Made by a program: the position numbers and the translations under genes
Virus record (IMG/VR): IMGVR_UViG_2667527408_000002
Span: 6,485 to 70,484 of that record
Direction: 5' to 3' (one strand)
Length of the DNA stretch: 64,000 nt
Origin: a virus
Lineage: Duplodnaviria > Caudoviricetes
Notes under the pieces: model-generated
What the model saw: the letters and a program-made list of their open reading frames with translations, nothing else
Told to the model about the DNA's origin: nothing
Databases searched by the model: none
Shown here: positions 38,461 through 48,785 of the stretch, piece after piece
How positions within the stretch are numbered: the first letter of the stretch is position 1
How the letters are laid out: each line of letters starts with the position of its first letter

Positions 38461-39904
38461 CACTTATCTCCCTTAGGGAAAATGTCGGCATCTGCTTTTC
38501 ATCCTTTGCATATTCCTTGTCAAGAATGGCAAGCTGTTTTTGAATAATACCACGCATCCTTACAGCAGGACGTAAGCAGTATTGTTGTAATTTTTTCGCA
38601 TTAATATCCTTAACACTTCTGACATTCGGAAATAGCAATTTCAGATATGCGGTTGCAATGCGCTTCACAGCTTCAATATGCCTTTCATAACCATTATCAG
38701 ATACTTCAACAAGCTGTTCTACAATGGCACGATATGTTATATCATCGCGAAGAGCGTGCATTATTGTACAGAAATACTCTGTATTAAGCGCCCAGCCGGA
38801 CACTTTTAAGCCGGGCTGCATAGGTGGAATGTCCCAACCTTTTATAAATCCGTGAATTCTGTCTACCATTGCGCTTTCTTGAAAAAGTGAAGGCAATTCG
38901 GTAAGCATATTTCTATACTCATCCATGTTGTCAGTTTCAATGTTTCCGAGGAAGACAATGCCTGCGTCGGATGCCACCTCGAAGCCGTTGACATCGCATC
39001 TGCCTTTTTCCATATATCCTTGGAGAATAGAGCGCATCTCATTCACATCGCTAAATTGAACCAGCTTTACCTCGTCAATCGCGACATAATCATGTCCAGT
39101 AATATAGCCAAGAGTTTTTCTGGCGGTATCATAAAACATTTTTGCTCTTGACACTTTACCACCGTCTGTAAGAAGCCCGTATTTGCTAATATTCCCATAC
39201 ACATAGGATTTCCCAGTACCCTTAGGCGCTAACTCAATCAAATTTAAATTTTTTTCTACGAAAGGAAGAAGGCGAGTAAGCATGGCTAGCTTCTGTTCTT
39301 CGTTGGCATACCCTTCGGCGTTATAATCCATTGCACCGAGAAGAATATCGATCCACTCGTCAGTAGTAAATTCTGAACGAATATCTTTATAGAAATCCAT
39401 GTCAATCGAATACGGACAGAAGTCGGTGAAGCCTGTTAACATTATCTTTCCCGGGATTTTTGGTTTTGCAGAATCATCTGGCTGTCTGTACCCTAGTTCC
39501 ACGATTCCCCATGTTTCATGACCTTTAACCAATTCTTTTTTAAATGTATTCCAAATATGGGGCTCTATAACAGTTTCCTTGTTCGACAATCCAAAGTCCG
39601 GAAGACTGAAAGTAATCTCCTCGGTCTTAATGTCAATATCAATCGAAATCTTTGTAAGTATCTTAACACGTTCATTTTCAACGATGATTCGATTTTTTAT
39701 CTTCAGCCATTCTTCCTTCTTGGGCATGTAGGCTTCAACAAAGCTGGACAATTCATCAACATCAAAATGTCCATCTTCATCTTCAAATTTTTTGAGAACC
39801 CAATCCCGCAAAAAGGAGGGCAGCTTCAAAGCCTTAAAAGTGCTATTCTGCTTCAGGTCTTTGTATACCACCATTTCATCGAAACAGTCTCTTAATTTAT
39901 CCAT
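38450..39904 (-). CDS. brxL: BrxL-like ATPase without Lon protease domain
   Basis: RLLPFVEKNLNLIELAPKGTGKS, IDEV, DRIHGFIKGW. Confidence 0.85.
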   Translation of the reverse strand: MDKLRDCFDEMVVYKDLKQNSTFKALKLPSFLRDWVLKKFEDEDGHFDVDELSSFVEAYMPKKEEWLKIKNRIIVENERVKILTKISIDIDIKTEEITFSLPDFGLSNKETVIEPHIWNTFKKELVKGHETWGIVELGYRQPDDSAKPKIPGKIMLTGFTDFCPYSIDMDFYKDIRSEFTTDEWIDILLGAMDYNAEGYANEEQKLAMLTRLLPFVEKNLNLIELAPKGTGKSYVYGNISKYGLLTDGGKVSRAKMFYDTARKTLGYITGHDYVAIDEVKLVQFSDVNEMRSILQGYMEKGRCDVNGFEVASDAGIVFLGNIETDNMDEYRNMLTELPSLFQESAMVDRIHGFIKGWDIPPMQPGLKVSGWALNTEYFCTIMHALRDDITYRAIVEQLVEVSDNGYERHIEAVKRIATAYLKLLFPNVRSVKDINAKKLQQYCLRPAVRMRGIIQKQLAILDKEYAKDEKQMPTFSLREISDED

Positions 39905-39921
39905 TATGATTTTTCCCCCCC

Positions 39922-42222
39922 TTACAGTAGGTCTTTTACACTGGAACCTTCGTTTCTAACAACGATAGGAATATTTGATGCAACCAAATTTCCACACGCA
40001 TATACATCTACGGAGTATTGCCTTGCACGTTTGATATCTGGCATTTCCACTAAGAAGAAATTACCGTCTATTGGTGTTGCGTCGTAGTACTTACCGTTAA
40101 CACACACGCTTACATCCTGCAGTGTTCTTGTAGAGAACAGTTTTACAGCCGCTTTTTTACGATAGCTAACAAGAATTTCAGGTACTCCAACAAAGCTGGC
40201 TGGGGCATCAGACGGCATCAGCTTAATTTCAATTGTCCCTGGCGTATAAGTAATTTCTATTATCGGTACGGCTACTTCTTCGAGAGTCGCGCCGCCATGT
40301 ACTTCAAAATTCGCCTTGCGCCCCCCTTTGAAACGGTCATAATTCGCAAGCGCCCAGAAATCATCAGCGTCTGTTGCAAAGTCAGGCTGAACGTCAATTT
40401 CAGATTTAGGGCAGCATCTGCCAGAATGGATACCATTACTGCCCATTTCCCACTGGTTTTCCGTTTTGTGTATAACTGCAAGTCGGCTAGCCCCGTGATC
40501 TGATATTATTATAGCTTTATCAATTGTACTATTCGCTAATTTAACTTTTATCTTGTCGACTACATCCTCGATAATTGATAGTTCCTGTGAAATATAAATT
40601 GGAGGTTTCACTGGCTGATAATCATAGTCATCTTTGCCATGGTGTTTGATTTCATCGATATCTTTTATTGAAATAATCGGATGCGTTGAATTTGCAAATG
40701 CATCAATAAATTCCTTGTTACGGCTTGTAATCGACGGCAATTCACAGCGACACACATCCACACGAGCCATCATTCCTCTATCGTGGCATAAAGACATGAT
40801 AAAACCGAGGTATTCTACACCAAGAGCATCAATGAAATATAACTGCGCCCCATGTTTGTCAATAGCCTCGACTCGTGAAGCGCGAGGTTCAAGAATGCTA
40901 TTATATTCTCGCTTTTCTGCTTGCTCCATGACAATGGCCTCGAATTCAGGAAGTACCTTGTTGATGATTTTTTCATATTTGTATGCCTGGAAGTAATCAT
41001 CAAGCAAAGAATTTTTAAATCTAAATGGCAATAGATATGCATGCAGTTTAGGATATACGATTTTCAAAATTGCGGTCAGTTCTTCCTTACTAAATTCAAG
41101 ACCATACCTATCAAGCAAGAAGAATATCGTTTCCTTTTCCTGTTGAGTGTTATCAGTCAAGTAATAAATCGCAGTCTTTTCCTTACTAATAACAATTTTA
41201 CAGAAATCAACAACATCATCAATCGGATTGCCAAATGCATTCAGTAACGCTTTTCTTGTATTGTAGCAATCCATGAAAGTGCTGCTTGTTGGCTCGAATT
41301 CCAAGATATCTCGATAAGCATGACGAACCAAATCGACTACGCTTGCGGCTCTGGATGCAGCAGTATTAAGGCACCAGTTATTCTTCGCCCCATATAATTT
41401 CAATGCAATAAAGTACAACCACTTTTTCTCGGAATCAAAGTTTAAGTAATTGGGTATTACAAGGTCAAGAGTTTTAGTATTGCCAAACTCAGCTGTTATG
41501 AGAGCCTCCCAAGTGCCACCTTTCTTTAATTTCTCAAGAGCGTATTTCCAATCTATATCAGTACCCAGAGCTTCACTCAGCGTCTGCGTTGCGGTATCTT
41601 TGAATGCGAGAGCATCATAGGCTTTTTTTAGATCTGATATTAGGTAGAGAGAATCTGGGAAGTTTTTTCGTTCCTTCTCTGTGTTGATATAAATTGTAGC
41701 AACTTTCTTCGTTTCTACTGCATCCGCAAAAGCATGAATTCCTGAAACAATAGTGATACCATTCGGAAGCGGCAACTCGCTTGATGTGAAGATGAGTTTT
41801 GTATGGTCATCTTCGACGCCGTCTACTATACAGATACGCCCAGAGAGACGCGGGTCGGAGAAATTCAAATACACCCTGCATTGAAACGACAGAACAACAA
41901 CGTGACCAGCAATAGTCATAGCAAGGAGATTTGATAATTCACTTTTAAGTTCCGTTTCACCATTGAGCTTTAAAAAGGAAGTCAACCCCGTCAGAAAAAC
42001 AGGTTCCTCCTTTTTCGCAATAACATCAAGCAATGTATCCATACGTGGAAGCTCATCGGTTTTGCAATAGTCGGCTGTGGCAATAAAAGTATTGCCGCTG
42101 ACTTTGAAGTGAGAAACAATATCCGATAAATCGGCCGAGTTTTGCACATCAACCACAAGCACGCCAACATCGCTTTTTGAAAGGTACTTTTCTATTTTCT
42201 TTATACACGCCTCGGTGTTCAT
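39922..42222 (-). CDS. pglZ: PglZ (BrxZ) alkaline-phosphatase-family protein, type 4
   Basis: FIDALG, LPSIT, IDEIKH, ISDHG, HGGATLEEVAVP. Confidence 0.88.
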   Translation of the reverse strand: MNTEACIKKIEKYLSKSDVGVLVVDVQNSADLSDIVSHFKVSGNTFIATADYCKTDELPRMDTLLDVIAKKEEPVFLTGLTSFLKLNGETELKSELSNLLAMTIAGHVVVLSFQCRVYLNFSDPRLSGRICIVDGVEDDHTKLIFTSSELPLPNGITIVSGIHAFADAVETKKVATIYINTEKERKNFPDSLYLISDLKKAYDALAFKDTATQTLSEALGTDIDWKYALEKLKKGGTWEALITAEFGNTKTLDLVIPNYLNFDSEKKWLYFIALKLYGAKNNWCLNTAASRAASVVDLVRHAYRDILEFEPTSSTFMDCYNTRKALLNAFGNPIDDVVDFCKIVISKEKTAIYYLTDNTQQEKETIFFLLDRYGLEFSKEELTAILKIVYPKLHAYLLPFRFKNSLLDDYFQAYKYEKIINKVLPEFEAIVMEQAEKREYNSILEPRASRVEAIDKHGAQLYFIDALGVEYLGFIMSLCHDRGMMARVDVCRCELPSITSRNKEFIDAFANSTHPIISIKDIDEIKHHGKDDYDYQPVKPPIYISQELSIIEDVVDKIKVKLANSTIDKAIIISDHGASRLAVIHKTENQWEMGSNGIHSGRCCPKSEIDVQPDFATDADDFWALANYDRFKGGRKANFEVHGGATLEEVAVPIIEITYTPGTIEIKLMPSDAPASFVGVPEILVSYRKKAAVKLFSTRTLQDVSVCVNGKYYDATPIDGNFFLVEMPDIKRARQYSVDVYACGNLVASNIPIVVRNEGSSVKDLL

Positions 42223-42234
42223 GTGCTCGCCTCC

Positions 42235-45200
42235 TTACTTTCCTTTGATAATCTCCATACCGACAATCATATTGTCTTTGATAAGGCTCTTTAGATAGTC
42301 TCGCGCATCCTCAATACCCATCTTGTCAATTTTCTCAAGCGCGCGGGTACAACCACTTTGAGAGTATTTTGCCTCGGCCATTTGTTTTAGACGCTTGTCG
42401 ACTTCAGGTAAACCAAACCAATCATATGGATCTGATGTCAAGGTTCGGTCAAGATAATCCTTGACTTCTTCAATATTTGTAAGCAGAACAGCATAATCCT
42501 TAATTATTGTTTCTCGAAATGCAACATCCAGTGCATTATCATTGTTCAGCGATCCAAAAAAATCTGCCGTTTCAAGATACTCTATAGCCTTATCAATAGA
42601 CTGTGCATCAAGATTGCTCTTGTTTATGGTGCCAAATGCAGCCCGCGCCTTTTGCACGTCTTCATCACGAATTAAGCAGAGTATCGGCATTTTATGCTTC
42701 TTCGACCATTCTCTCGGAGAGCTGGAGCCAGTTTTATCCTGCCATAATTTCTTCAGCTTAGCACTTCCGAGCGTTGCCTTATATGCTTTAACCTTATCTT
42801 CGACGGAGACAAAATAATCATTTTTCTCTTGCGTGAAGGCACCGGCGGGCATAGTAGCATAGAGTTCACAGATTTCATCGTCCGATAGGTCGCTCAAGTA
42901 GTAAGCGCAAACACGCTTGAACAGGTCGGCTTGGTTATTATACAGATTGCGGAAAGCCTCACCATTTAATACAAGTAAATCATAGAATTTTTGCTTCTGG
43001 GAGTCTAGAAGTTGTCCCGACTTTTTTATTGCGCACAGGAGTTCCATGAAAGGCGATATTTCGTCAAGATAATTTTTTGCGGCAGCAAAAGAAACCCGAA
43101 TGTATCCACACTTGGTACACCATTCTTTTATGGTCACATCAAAAGTGATGTTCTTGGAAAGTGTCTTATTGCTTTCATTAATAATTTTATATTCAAGAAT
43201 TACCTCGCGGATTTTCTGTTGTACGGTGTCAACATTCCATACCCAGTTAGCGGCATCAGCATCGAATTTACGGCGCAGAACGTTGATATACTGCCCGCCA
43301 TCACCGATAGTAGATGCAAGTGAAATAAGTTCACCATTTTCAAATGTCTTCAGGTATTCTGTCATACCTTGAGCGCATTTTTCTTTAGTAAGAATGATCT
43401 TCAAATCTTCTGTAGCATTCGGATGATCAATACAGGCGCGACCGATACACATGGCAATATCGCTGTCTGTTTTGGTTGCACCCATATTATTACTGTTGGC
43501 AATACCACAGAAACTATCGATAATCGTTTCAAGAACATCAGTATCTGTCTTTAGACTTTCACTTGACAGAATGTATTTCAACGTCCAAATCGGGAAAGCG
43601 AATTCCTTCATTTTATTACGAATACGCTCACGGGTCTGTTCCACAGAAGTGCAGAGATTGAGTGGAATATTGAAGGCAATAGACGTTGCTTCATTAAAGG
43701 CCTTTTCATCATCGGTCATTGCGACAATATACTTGTCCCTGTATCGAGGGTTAGGCGTGATTTGCAACCGAATCACTTCGTCGACCATTTCTTTGAGCTT
43801 ATTAATGTCAAGCAGGTCGTTGGTAAGCCCATCACTCCAGCTATACGAACCAGTAGCATATTCTTTTAACACGAATCCGAGGATAAATGCCGAAAGATTG
43901 CAAGGCATAAAGCCATAAGGTGGTAGACTCAATGTATCATATATCCGTTTAATAGAAACGCGACCACCGCCGATTTCAAAAGCATCAGTGATAATTTTAT
44001 CAACAAGCAGTTTAATCTTTGATATGAGCAGATGTGGAGATGCTATCCAATACTCATCAACTTTCCATGCTCCATCAAGGGCGTTTTCAAGTTTCGTCGA
44101 TGGGCTTCCAGAAAGGAATGTACCGGACGTTTTCTGAGTTGCACCACACTCAACGCCCTGCTTCAAGCTACTTGGTGTAAACATATTGGCTATAACACTA
44201 TATGTTCCTTCAAGGCAACTTGGGAACTTCTGTTTATTAATCTCTTCCAACGCCAAATAAAGTGCCTCAATCGTGGTAACTCTCTCTCCATTTGGCTTGC
44301 TTTCAGAGAAGACCATTAACTCACCGTTGGAAATACGGTTTTTCCATTTTTTTAGCGCTTCCTTCGCATTGTTGGCATACTGTGTTGCAAGGGTATTGTC
44401 TTTGCCCTGTTGATACATGGACTGTGCCATATCGCTACGATACTGGGTATACCCATCAGCACCGAATGGAGTCCGAGAGGCGTCGATGAAGACAATATGA
44501 TTGTTACTGCTGTTGACTACATCGCTAATCTTCTTACCAATGACAACACTTTCCGCGTCGTCTTTTGCAAAGCATACAACAGCAACTATTTTATTTGTAA
44601 AATTCGCTTCCTGATTGCGGAGTAGACGAACAGTCGAATCAAGGTCGGTTGATGATACATATCGAAGTTCATAACGAAGTTTTAGCGCACCACCGAGAGT
44701 AATTGTGTCAGTGATTCTTGTCCTGTCGACAAGCTCCTCGGTGACAAGCTGTGTCGTTGTTTTCTTGTCAATCTGGTCTAAGAACGGCTTAAGGTCGGCA
44801 CCACTGACTTCATTCACATAGGCGCAGTATTGAAATTTGCCCCCGCCGAGCTGCTTTTTGAATAACACCTTATCGCGTACCAATTTTTCAGCGCAACGGC
44901 CAGCTCGGCTTCCATCAAGGTCAGAACCTTCAAAGGCGTTATTTATGTTGCGTTCATTCGGAATGAAGAGCTCGACAGAGTCGCCGGCATTCTGAGAAAT
45001 AGCCTGCAAGAGCAATACTGTTTTTAGCACTCTAGTTTCATCTGGTTGCAAGTGCTGATTACCGGCACGAGTGAAATAGTCAAGAATTGCGCGGATATCG
45101 TGCGTAAGATATTCTTTGCCCTTTTCATAGAAGAACTCCCATAACATATCTATTGTTAGGAGCGGATTTTCATAATCAGGACCGAAGTTGTCGATAAACC

Positions 45201-46446
45201 ACTGGAAGCCCTTTATTTCATCACCACGGTCGTTTTTAATAAAGTCAAACATGCTGCGCTGATTAGAGTCAAATACAGAGGAGATATACTTGAGCAGCAG
45301 TGCCGTGTATGGATGAATCGGGAGAATATCGAGCATCTCTGAGTCGCTAATACGTGCAACATTCTTAACGAGTTTGCGTGATTCGGTAGTGCGACCCGCT
45401 AAATCGCCTGTCGTAATATTCCAGTCTCTTACAACTTCGGGGTCTTTGTTTTTTTCCATTGCTGCACCCATCAGCTTAAAAGCGATGTTTTCTGGCAGAC
45501 TAATTAAGCAGTGCGGGTTTACAAAACGCCCGTTTAGCTTTATGAAGTCCTGATCGCGTTCGTGGAACAAACCGGAGCTGACATGCGTTACGATAATAAA
45601 ATAAAAAGGTTCTGTTTCACTGATTTCGCACAATTCTTGGAAGCCTGTCAGATTACGCGCATTATTATAAAAATACTCTGTGAACTCATCCCAAATGAAA
45701 ACAATAGCCTTCAGACTGTTCGCATGTATAATTTCACGAATCCAGTCACAAAGCGCTGTTGTACTCAGAGAAAGCGCTTTGATTTGACGCTCGTCCGAAA
45801 CCTTAAATATTTTATCCATCAACTTGGCAAGCGCATCGCCCGTGAAGGTAGAAAGTTTTTCAAGAACAGCATCGACATCATCTCCGCCAAAAAGGTCGGA
45901 GTACTTGCCGGTCATCAGACTGTTAAAGTAATTCTTGTTATCTGTATCGGTCAGCCATTTGATAGTGGCGCTTTTAAGTGCGTTGCCGCCCTTGTTTTCT
46001 ATTCCGCTATCAATCATAGCTTGTTCAATGCTTTCTTGAATAGCGAAAACAAGGTTGTGGTCACTGCGAATAGTTGCCGAGCCATAACGATGAACCGTCA
46101 AAATCTTACCGCTGTTTTTTACACGCTGGAAATTAGAGCAAAGGTCTTTATCCATAACGTACCGTTCAAAGTACGTGCGGGTATCCTCTTCACTTGCGTC
46201 AAGCAATTTCTTGAGAGTCAACACTGCGTGGGATTTTCCGGTGCCATAAGCACCCTCAACCCAAAGGGAAAGCTTTTGTTTACGATCGAGCATACTTACC
46301 GTGTTGCGAACGAGCTTAACGAAGGTATCATGAGGGAAAAATTTCTTCCACATTTCAGGGTTCTTTGAAATAACAGCTTCATTTACAGCCGGGAAGTAAT
46401 CCGGATCAATGTCAAAATAATGACGATATTTCTCAAGCATCGGCAT
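42235..46446 (-). CDS. brxC: BrxC-like large P-loop ATPase
   Basis: GAYGTGKS, IWDEF, LPIHPY, NQRSMF. Confidence 0.82.
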   Translation of the reverse strand: MPMLEKYRHYFDIDPDYFPAVNEAVISKNPEMWKKFFPHDTFVKLVRNTVSMLDRKQKLSLWVEGAYGTGKSHAVLTLKKLLDASEEDTRTYFERYVMDKDLCSNFQRVKNSGKILTVHRYGSATIRSDHNLVFAIQESIEQAMIDSGIENKGGNALKSATIKWLTDTDNKNYFNSLMTGKYSDLFGGDDVDAVLEKLSTFTGDALAKLMDKIFKVSDERQIKALSLSTTALCDWIREIIHANSLKAIVFIWDEFTEYFYNNARNLTGFQELCEISETEPFYFIIVTHVSSGLFHERDQDFIKLNGRFVNPHCLISLPENIAFKLMGAAMEKNKDPEVVRDWNITTGDLAGRTTESRKLVKNVARISDSEMLDILPIHPYTALLLKYISSVFDSNQRSMFDFIKNDRGDEIKGFQWFIDNFGPDYENPLLTIDMLWEFFYEKGKEYLTHDIRAILDYFTRAGNQHLQPDETRVLKTVLLLQAISQNAGDSVELFIPNERNINNAFEGSDLDGSRAGRCAEKLVRDKVLFKKQLGGGKFQYCAYVNEVSGADLKPFLDQIDKKTTTQLVTEELVDRTRITDTITLGGALKLRYELRYVSSTDLDSTVRLLRNQEANFTNKIVAVVCFAKDDAESVVIGKKISDVVNSSNNHIVFIDASRTPFGADGYTQYRSDMAQSMYQQGKDNTLATQYANNAKEALKKWKNRISNGELMVFSESKPNGERVTTIEALYLALEEINKQKFPSCLEGTYSVIANMFTPSSLKQGVECGATQKTSGTFLSGSPSTKLENALDGAWKVDEYWIASPHLLISKIKLLVDKIITDAFEIGGGRVSIKRIYDTLSLPPYGFMPCNLSAFILGFVLKEYATGSYSWSDGLTNDLLDINKLKEMVDEVIRLQITPNPRYRDKYIVAMTDDEKAFNEATSIAFNIPLNLCTSVEQTRERIRNKMKEFAFPIWTLKYILSSESLKTDTDVLETIIDSFCGIANSNNMGATKTDSDIAMCIGRACIDHPNATEDLKIILTKEKCAQGMTEYLKTFENGELISLASTIGDGGQYINVLRRKFDADAANWVWNVDTVQQKIREVILEYKIINESNKTLSKNITFDVTIKEWCTKCGYIRVSFAAAKNYLDEISPFMELLCAIKKSGQLLDSQKQKFYDLLVLNGEAFRNLYNNQADLFKRVCAYYLSDLSDDEICELYATMPAGAFTQEKNDYFVSVEDKVKAYKATLGSAKLKKLWQDKTGSSSPREWSKKHKMPILCLIRDEDVQKARAAFGTINKSNLDAQSIDKAIEYLETADFFGSLNNDNALDVAFRETIIKDYAVLLTNIEEVKDYLDRTLTSDPYDWFGLPEVDKRLKQMAEAKYSQSGCTRALEKIDKMGIEDARDYLKSLIKDNMIVGMEIIKGK

Positions 46447-46460
46447 ATCTCATATCCTCC

Positions 46461-48785
46461 TTACATTAACGACAGAACATCTTGCGATGTTTTGTCAGCA
46501 TTTAACGTAATATTATCCAAATCGAGCGTGAAGCTGGTCGTGATGAAGTCAGGATAGTTTACGGAGAGTCCATTGAGCAGCTTCTCCATCTGGCCGCGCT
46601 CAAGTCCAAAGATTTCCGTAGGGCTTACACCATCGCTGTCAATATCGTGGGCAAGCAAGCGGTTTAACGTGAACTGATAATAATCACCACAAGCTTCAGC
46701 AAATTTGTAGAGTGAGTAGAGAATAACAAGCGGGTCAGGGTTTTGCCAAGGGGTACGGGTAATCGCAACAGCTTTACTCTTTTCTTTCGTCATACAACCT
46801 AAACCAACAACACCAAACGGTAATTCAACAATACGTATGAAAGAACTCCATATGTCATTGACCCAGCTTTCTTTTGCACCATCTGAAACTAAAAGAGACA
46901 AAGTGTAATCCTTGCTATATGATTCATTCATAGGCACACGTTTTATCAACCAGTTGATTTGCGGCGTATATGCCAGATTAACAAGCATTACACTCCAGCT
47001 CGAAAGATTATCAAGACCCAGTTTATCAATAACCCCAGCAGTATCTGAAAAACCGTTCTCATTTAACAAATCAGCGTCGCGTAAAAAACGTTTGAAGAAG
47101 CTATACATCTGTGAACCAAGGCTATGGCGCTGGTCAAATTCATTCTTATAAGAAAAGAATTGTTCAAACCATTCCATTTTTGGCGCATGATGAGAATAGC
47201 AATTTAAACTTTGCGTAGTAGACATTTTAAGCCCTCCTTTAGGCATTTCTAAAGATTTGTATACAAGACACCCTTTTTCGACTTTATGGCATTGAAAACA
47301 GTGAACGCATTTGTCACTAATTGAAACCTTCCCCTTCTTCATACTAATGCATCCGTTATGGCAATCAGCTTCACATTCTCTACAAAGTATGCAGCAAGCC
47401 GTTTTGCGAAAGACGTTCTTTAGTAATTTGACGAATAATGGATGTGTTTTAGGTAGTTCGGCGTCATATGATACCTCAAGCCCATCCTTAGTTTCTTTAA
47501 CTTCAAATGTCAACTGTTCATTCTGAAATAAAATAGTATATGGTGAAAAATCATTTAGTACAACTCCAACCGTCTTAATCCATTCTTTCCACTCTGTGTG
47601 TGGATGACTGACTTTAATAGTTGGACGCCCAAATAATATTGTTTCCAAATAATCCAAGTTAATGGCTATATCGCGCCCATTCTTTCGAGCTTTCCATCCT
47701 CCATTTGAAATGAATTCATCCAATAATTTCTCTGTTTGAAAACCTTTGCTGTACATATTTTTTATCACAGAAACTAATGAGTCTACCTCTTTTGGATACC
47801 AAGCTTGACTCATCCAGTCGTTTCGTTCAGCAGCTCTTGGACATACAAGGCATCCAGCACGACGATGTCCTTTCTTATATGAATTGTTAATAGGTAGTTT
47901 CTCTGTGAAAATATAAGTGTATAATTCTGCTGAATTCCATTCGAGAATTGGATTACAACTATATTGACCTTTGTGCTTTTCTCCAAGACTGATATAATCA
48001 TATTCACTGCGAGATAAGCTTTCGCTTGCACGAATGCCGATAAAAGCCATTCCTGTAAAATTGGGCTTTCCGGTAAAAGTCCTGAGGGCAAGAATTTGTG
48101 GGGCTGTTTTATGAACACTGCAACACCATCTTGTTACAGTCGCCGGTGGTCCAAATTTCGACCATGTATATTCGGGTTGGTATACGGATTTGGCACGGAT
48201 AAAGTCAATATCACAATTACGACAGGTTGACTCAATATCTTTTACGACATCATATGTATCAGGAAACTCCATGCCAGTATCGCCAAACAACACCTTAAAC
48301 TCATTGTGTGGCAGCGTTCTTTGCACTAAGTCAAGAGTGACTATGCTGTCCTTGCCGCCACTAAAAGCAACATAGAATACATCAACTTTGCTTTTATAGT
48401 CCACATAGGTGTTATATATCTTTTTTATGGTGTCTTGTGCCAGCGTTTCAATCAGATAACGGTTTTTCTCTACCATGGCTGGAATGTCCACGAAACGCAG
48501 TGGCTGACCATCCGGCTCTGGGTCTTCAACAAGGATAATTTCCGGTGCGGTGTAGAGTGAACCACCCTTCGTTTTGGCTACGAGTCTCCCACGATAAAAG
48601 TAATTATTCGATTCAGCCCACATATAAGGGTAGGCATCGTTCTTTTCGTAATTCCATATTTGGTCAAAGCCTAAGATGTCGAGTTCTTCATAGTAAACAG
48701 GGCGTGGCTCCTTGCTGAACGCCAGCGGTGAGCTATTCAACAATAGCCCTCCTGTCTCAATATCCCATGTGTAAGAGTACATCAA
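46461..48785 (-). CDS. brxP: BrxP: PAPS reductase, Fe-S cysteine cluster and DUF4007-like domain
   Basis: FSGGKDS, RWCC..HK, GIRASES..R, RAGCLVCP, CxxCxxCxxxC and CxxCxxC. Confidence 0.88.
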   Translation of the reverse strand: MMYSYTWDIETGGLLLNSSPLAFSKEPRPVYYEELDILGFDQIWNYEKNDAYPYMWAESNNYFYRGRLVAKTKGGSLYTAPEIILVEDPEPDGQPLRFVDIPAMVEKNRYLIETLAQDTIKKIYNTYVDYKSKVDVFYVAFSGGKDSIVTLDLVQRTLPHNEFKVLFGDTGMEFPDTYDVVKDIESTCRNCDIDFIRAKSVYQPEYTWSKFGPPATVTRWCCSVHKTAPQILALRTFTGKPNFTGMAFIGIRASESLSRSEYDYISLGEKHKGQYSCNPILEWNSAELYTYIFTEKLPINNSYKKGHRRAGCLVCPRAAERNDWMSQAWYPKEVDSLVSVIKNMYSKGFQTEKLLDEFISNGGWKARKNGRDIAINLDYLETILFGRPTIKVSHPHTEWKEWIKTVGVVLNDFSPYTILFQNEQLTFEVKETKDGLEVSYDAELPKTHPLFVKLLKNVFRKTACCILCRECEADCHNGCISMKKGKVSISDKCVHCFQCHKVEKGCLVYKSLEMPKGGLKMSTTQSLNCYSHHAPKMEWFEQFFSYKNEFDQRHSLGSQMYSFFKRFLRDADLLNENGFSDTAGVIDKLGLDNLSSWSVMLVNLAYTPQINWLIKRVPMNESYSKDYTLSLLVSDGAKESWVNDIWSSFIRIVELPFGVVGLGCMTKEKSKAVAITRTPWQNPDPLVILYSLYKFAEACGDYYQFTLNRLLAHDIDSDGVSPTEIFGLERGQMEKLLNGLSVNYPDFITTSFTLDLDNITLNADKTSQDVLSLM

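Noticed and set aside
38450-39904. BrxL as a truncated pseudogene
   Set aside because: ORF is intact and overlaps the next gene; a BrxL without the Lon domain is plausible in this BREX type
37136-48785. Housekeeping sulfate assimilation or isc operon
   Set aside because: No cysD/cysN/cysC or iscU/iscR; the genes flank pglZ, brxC and brxL
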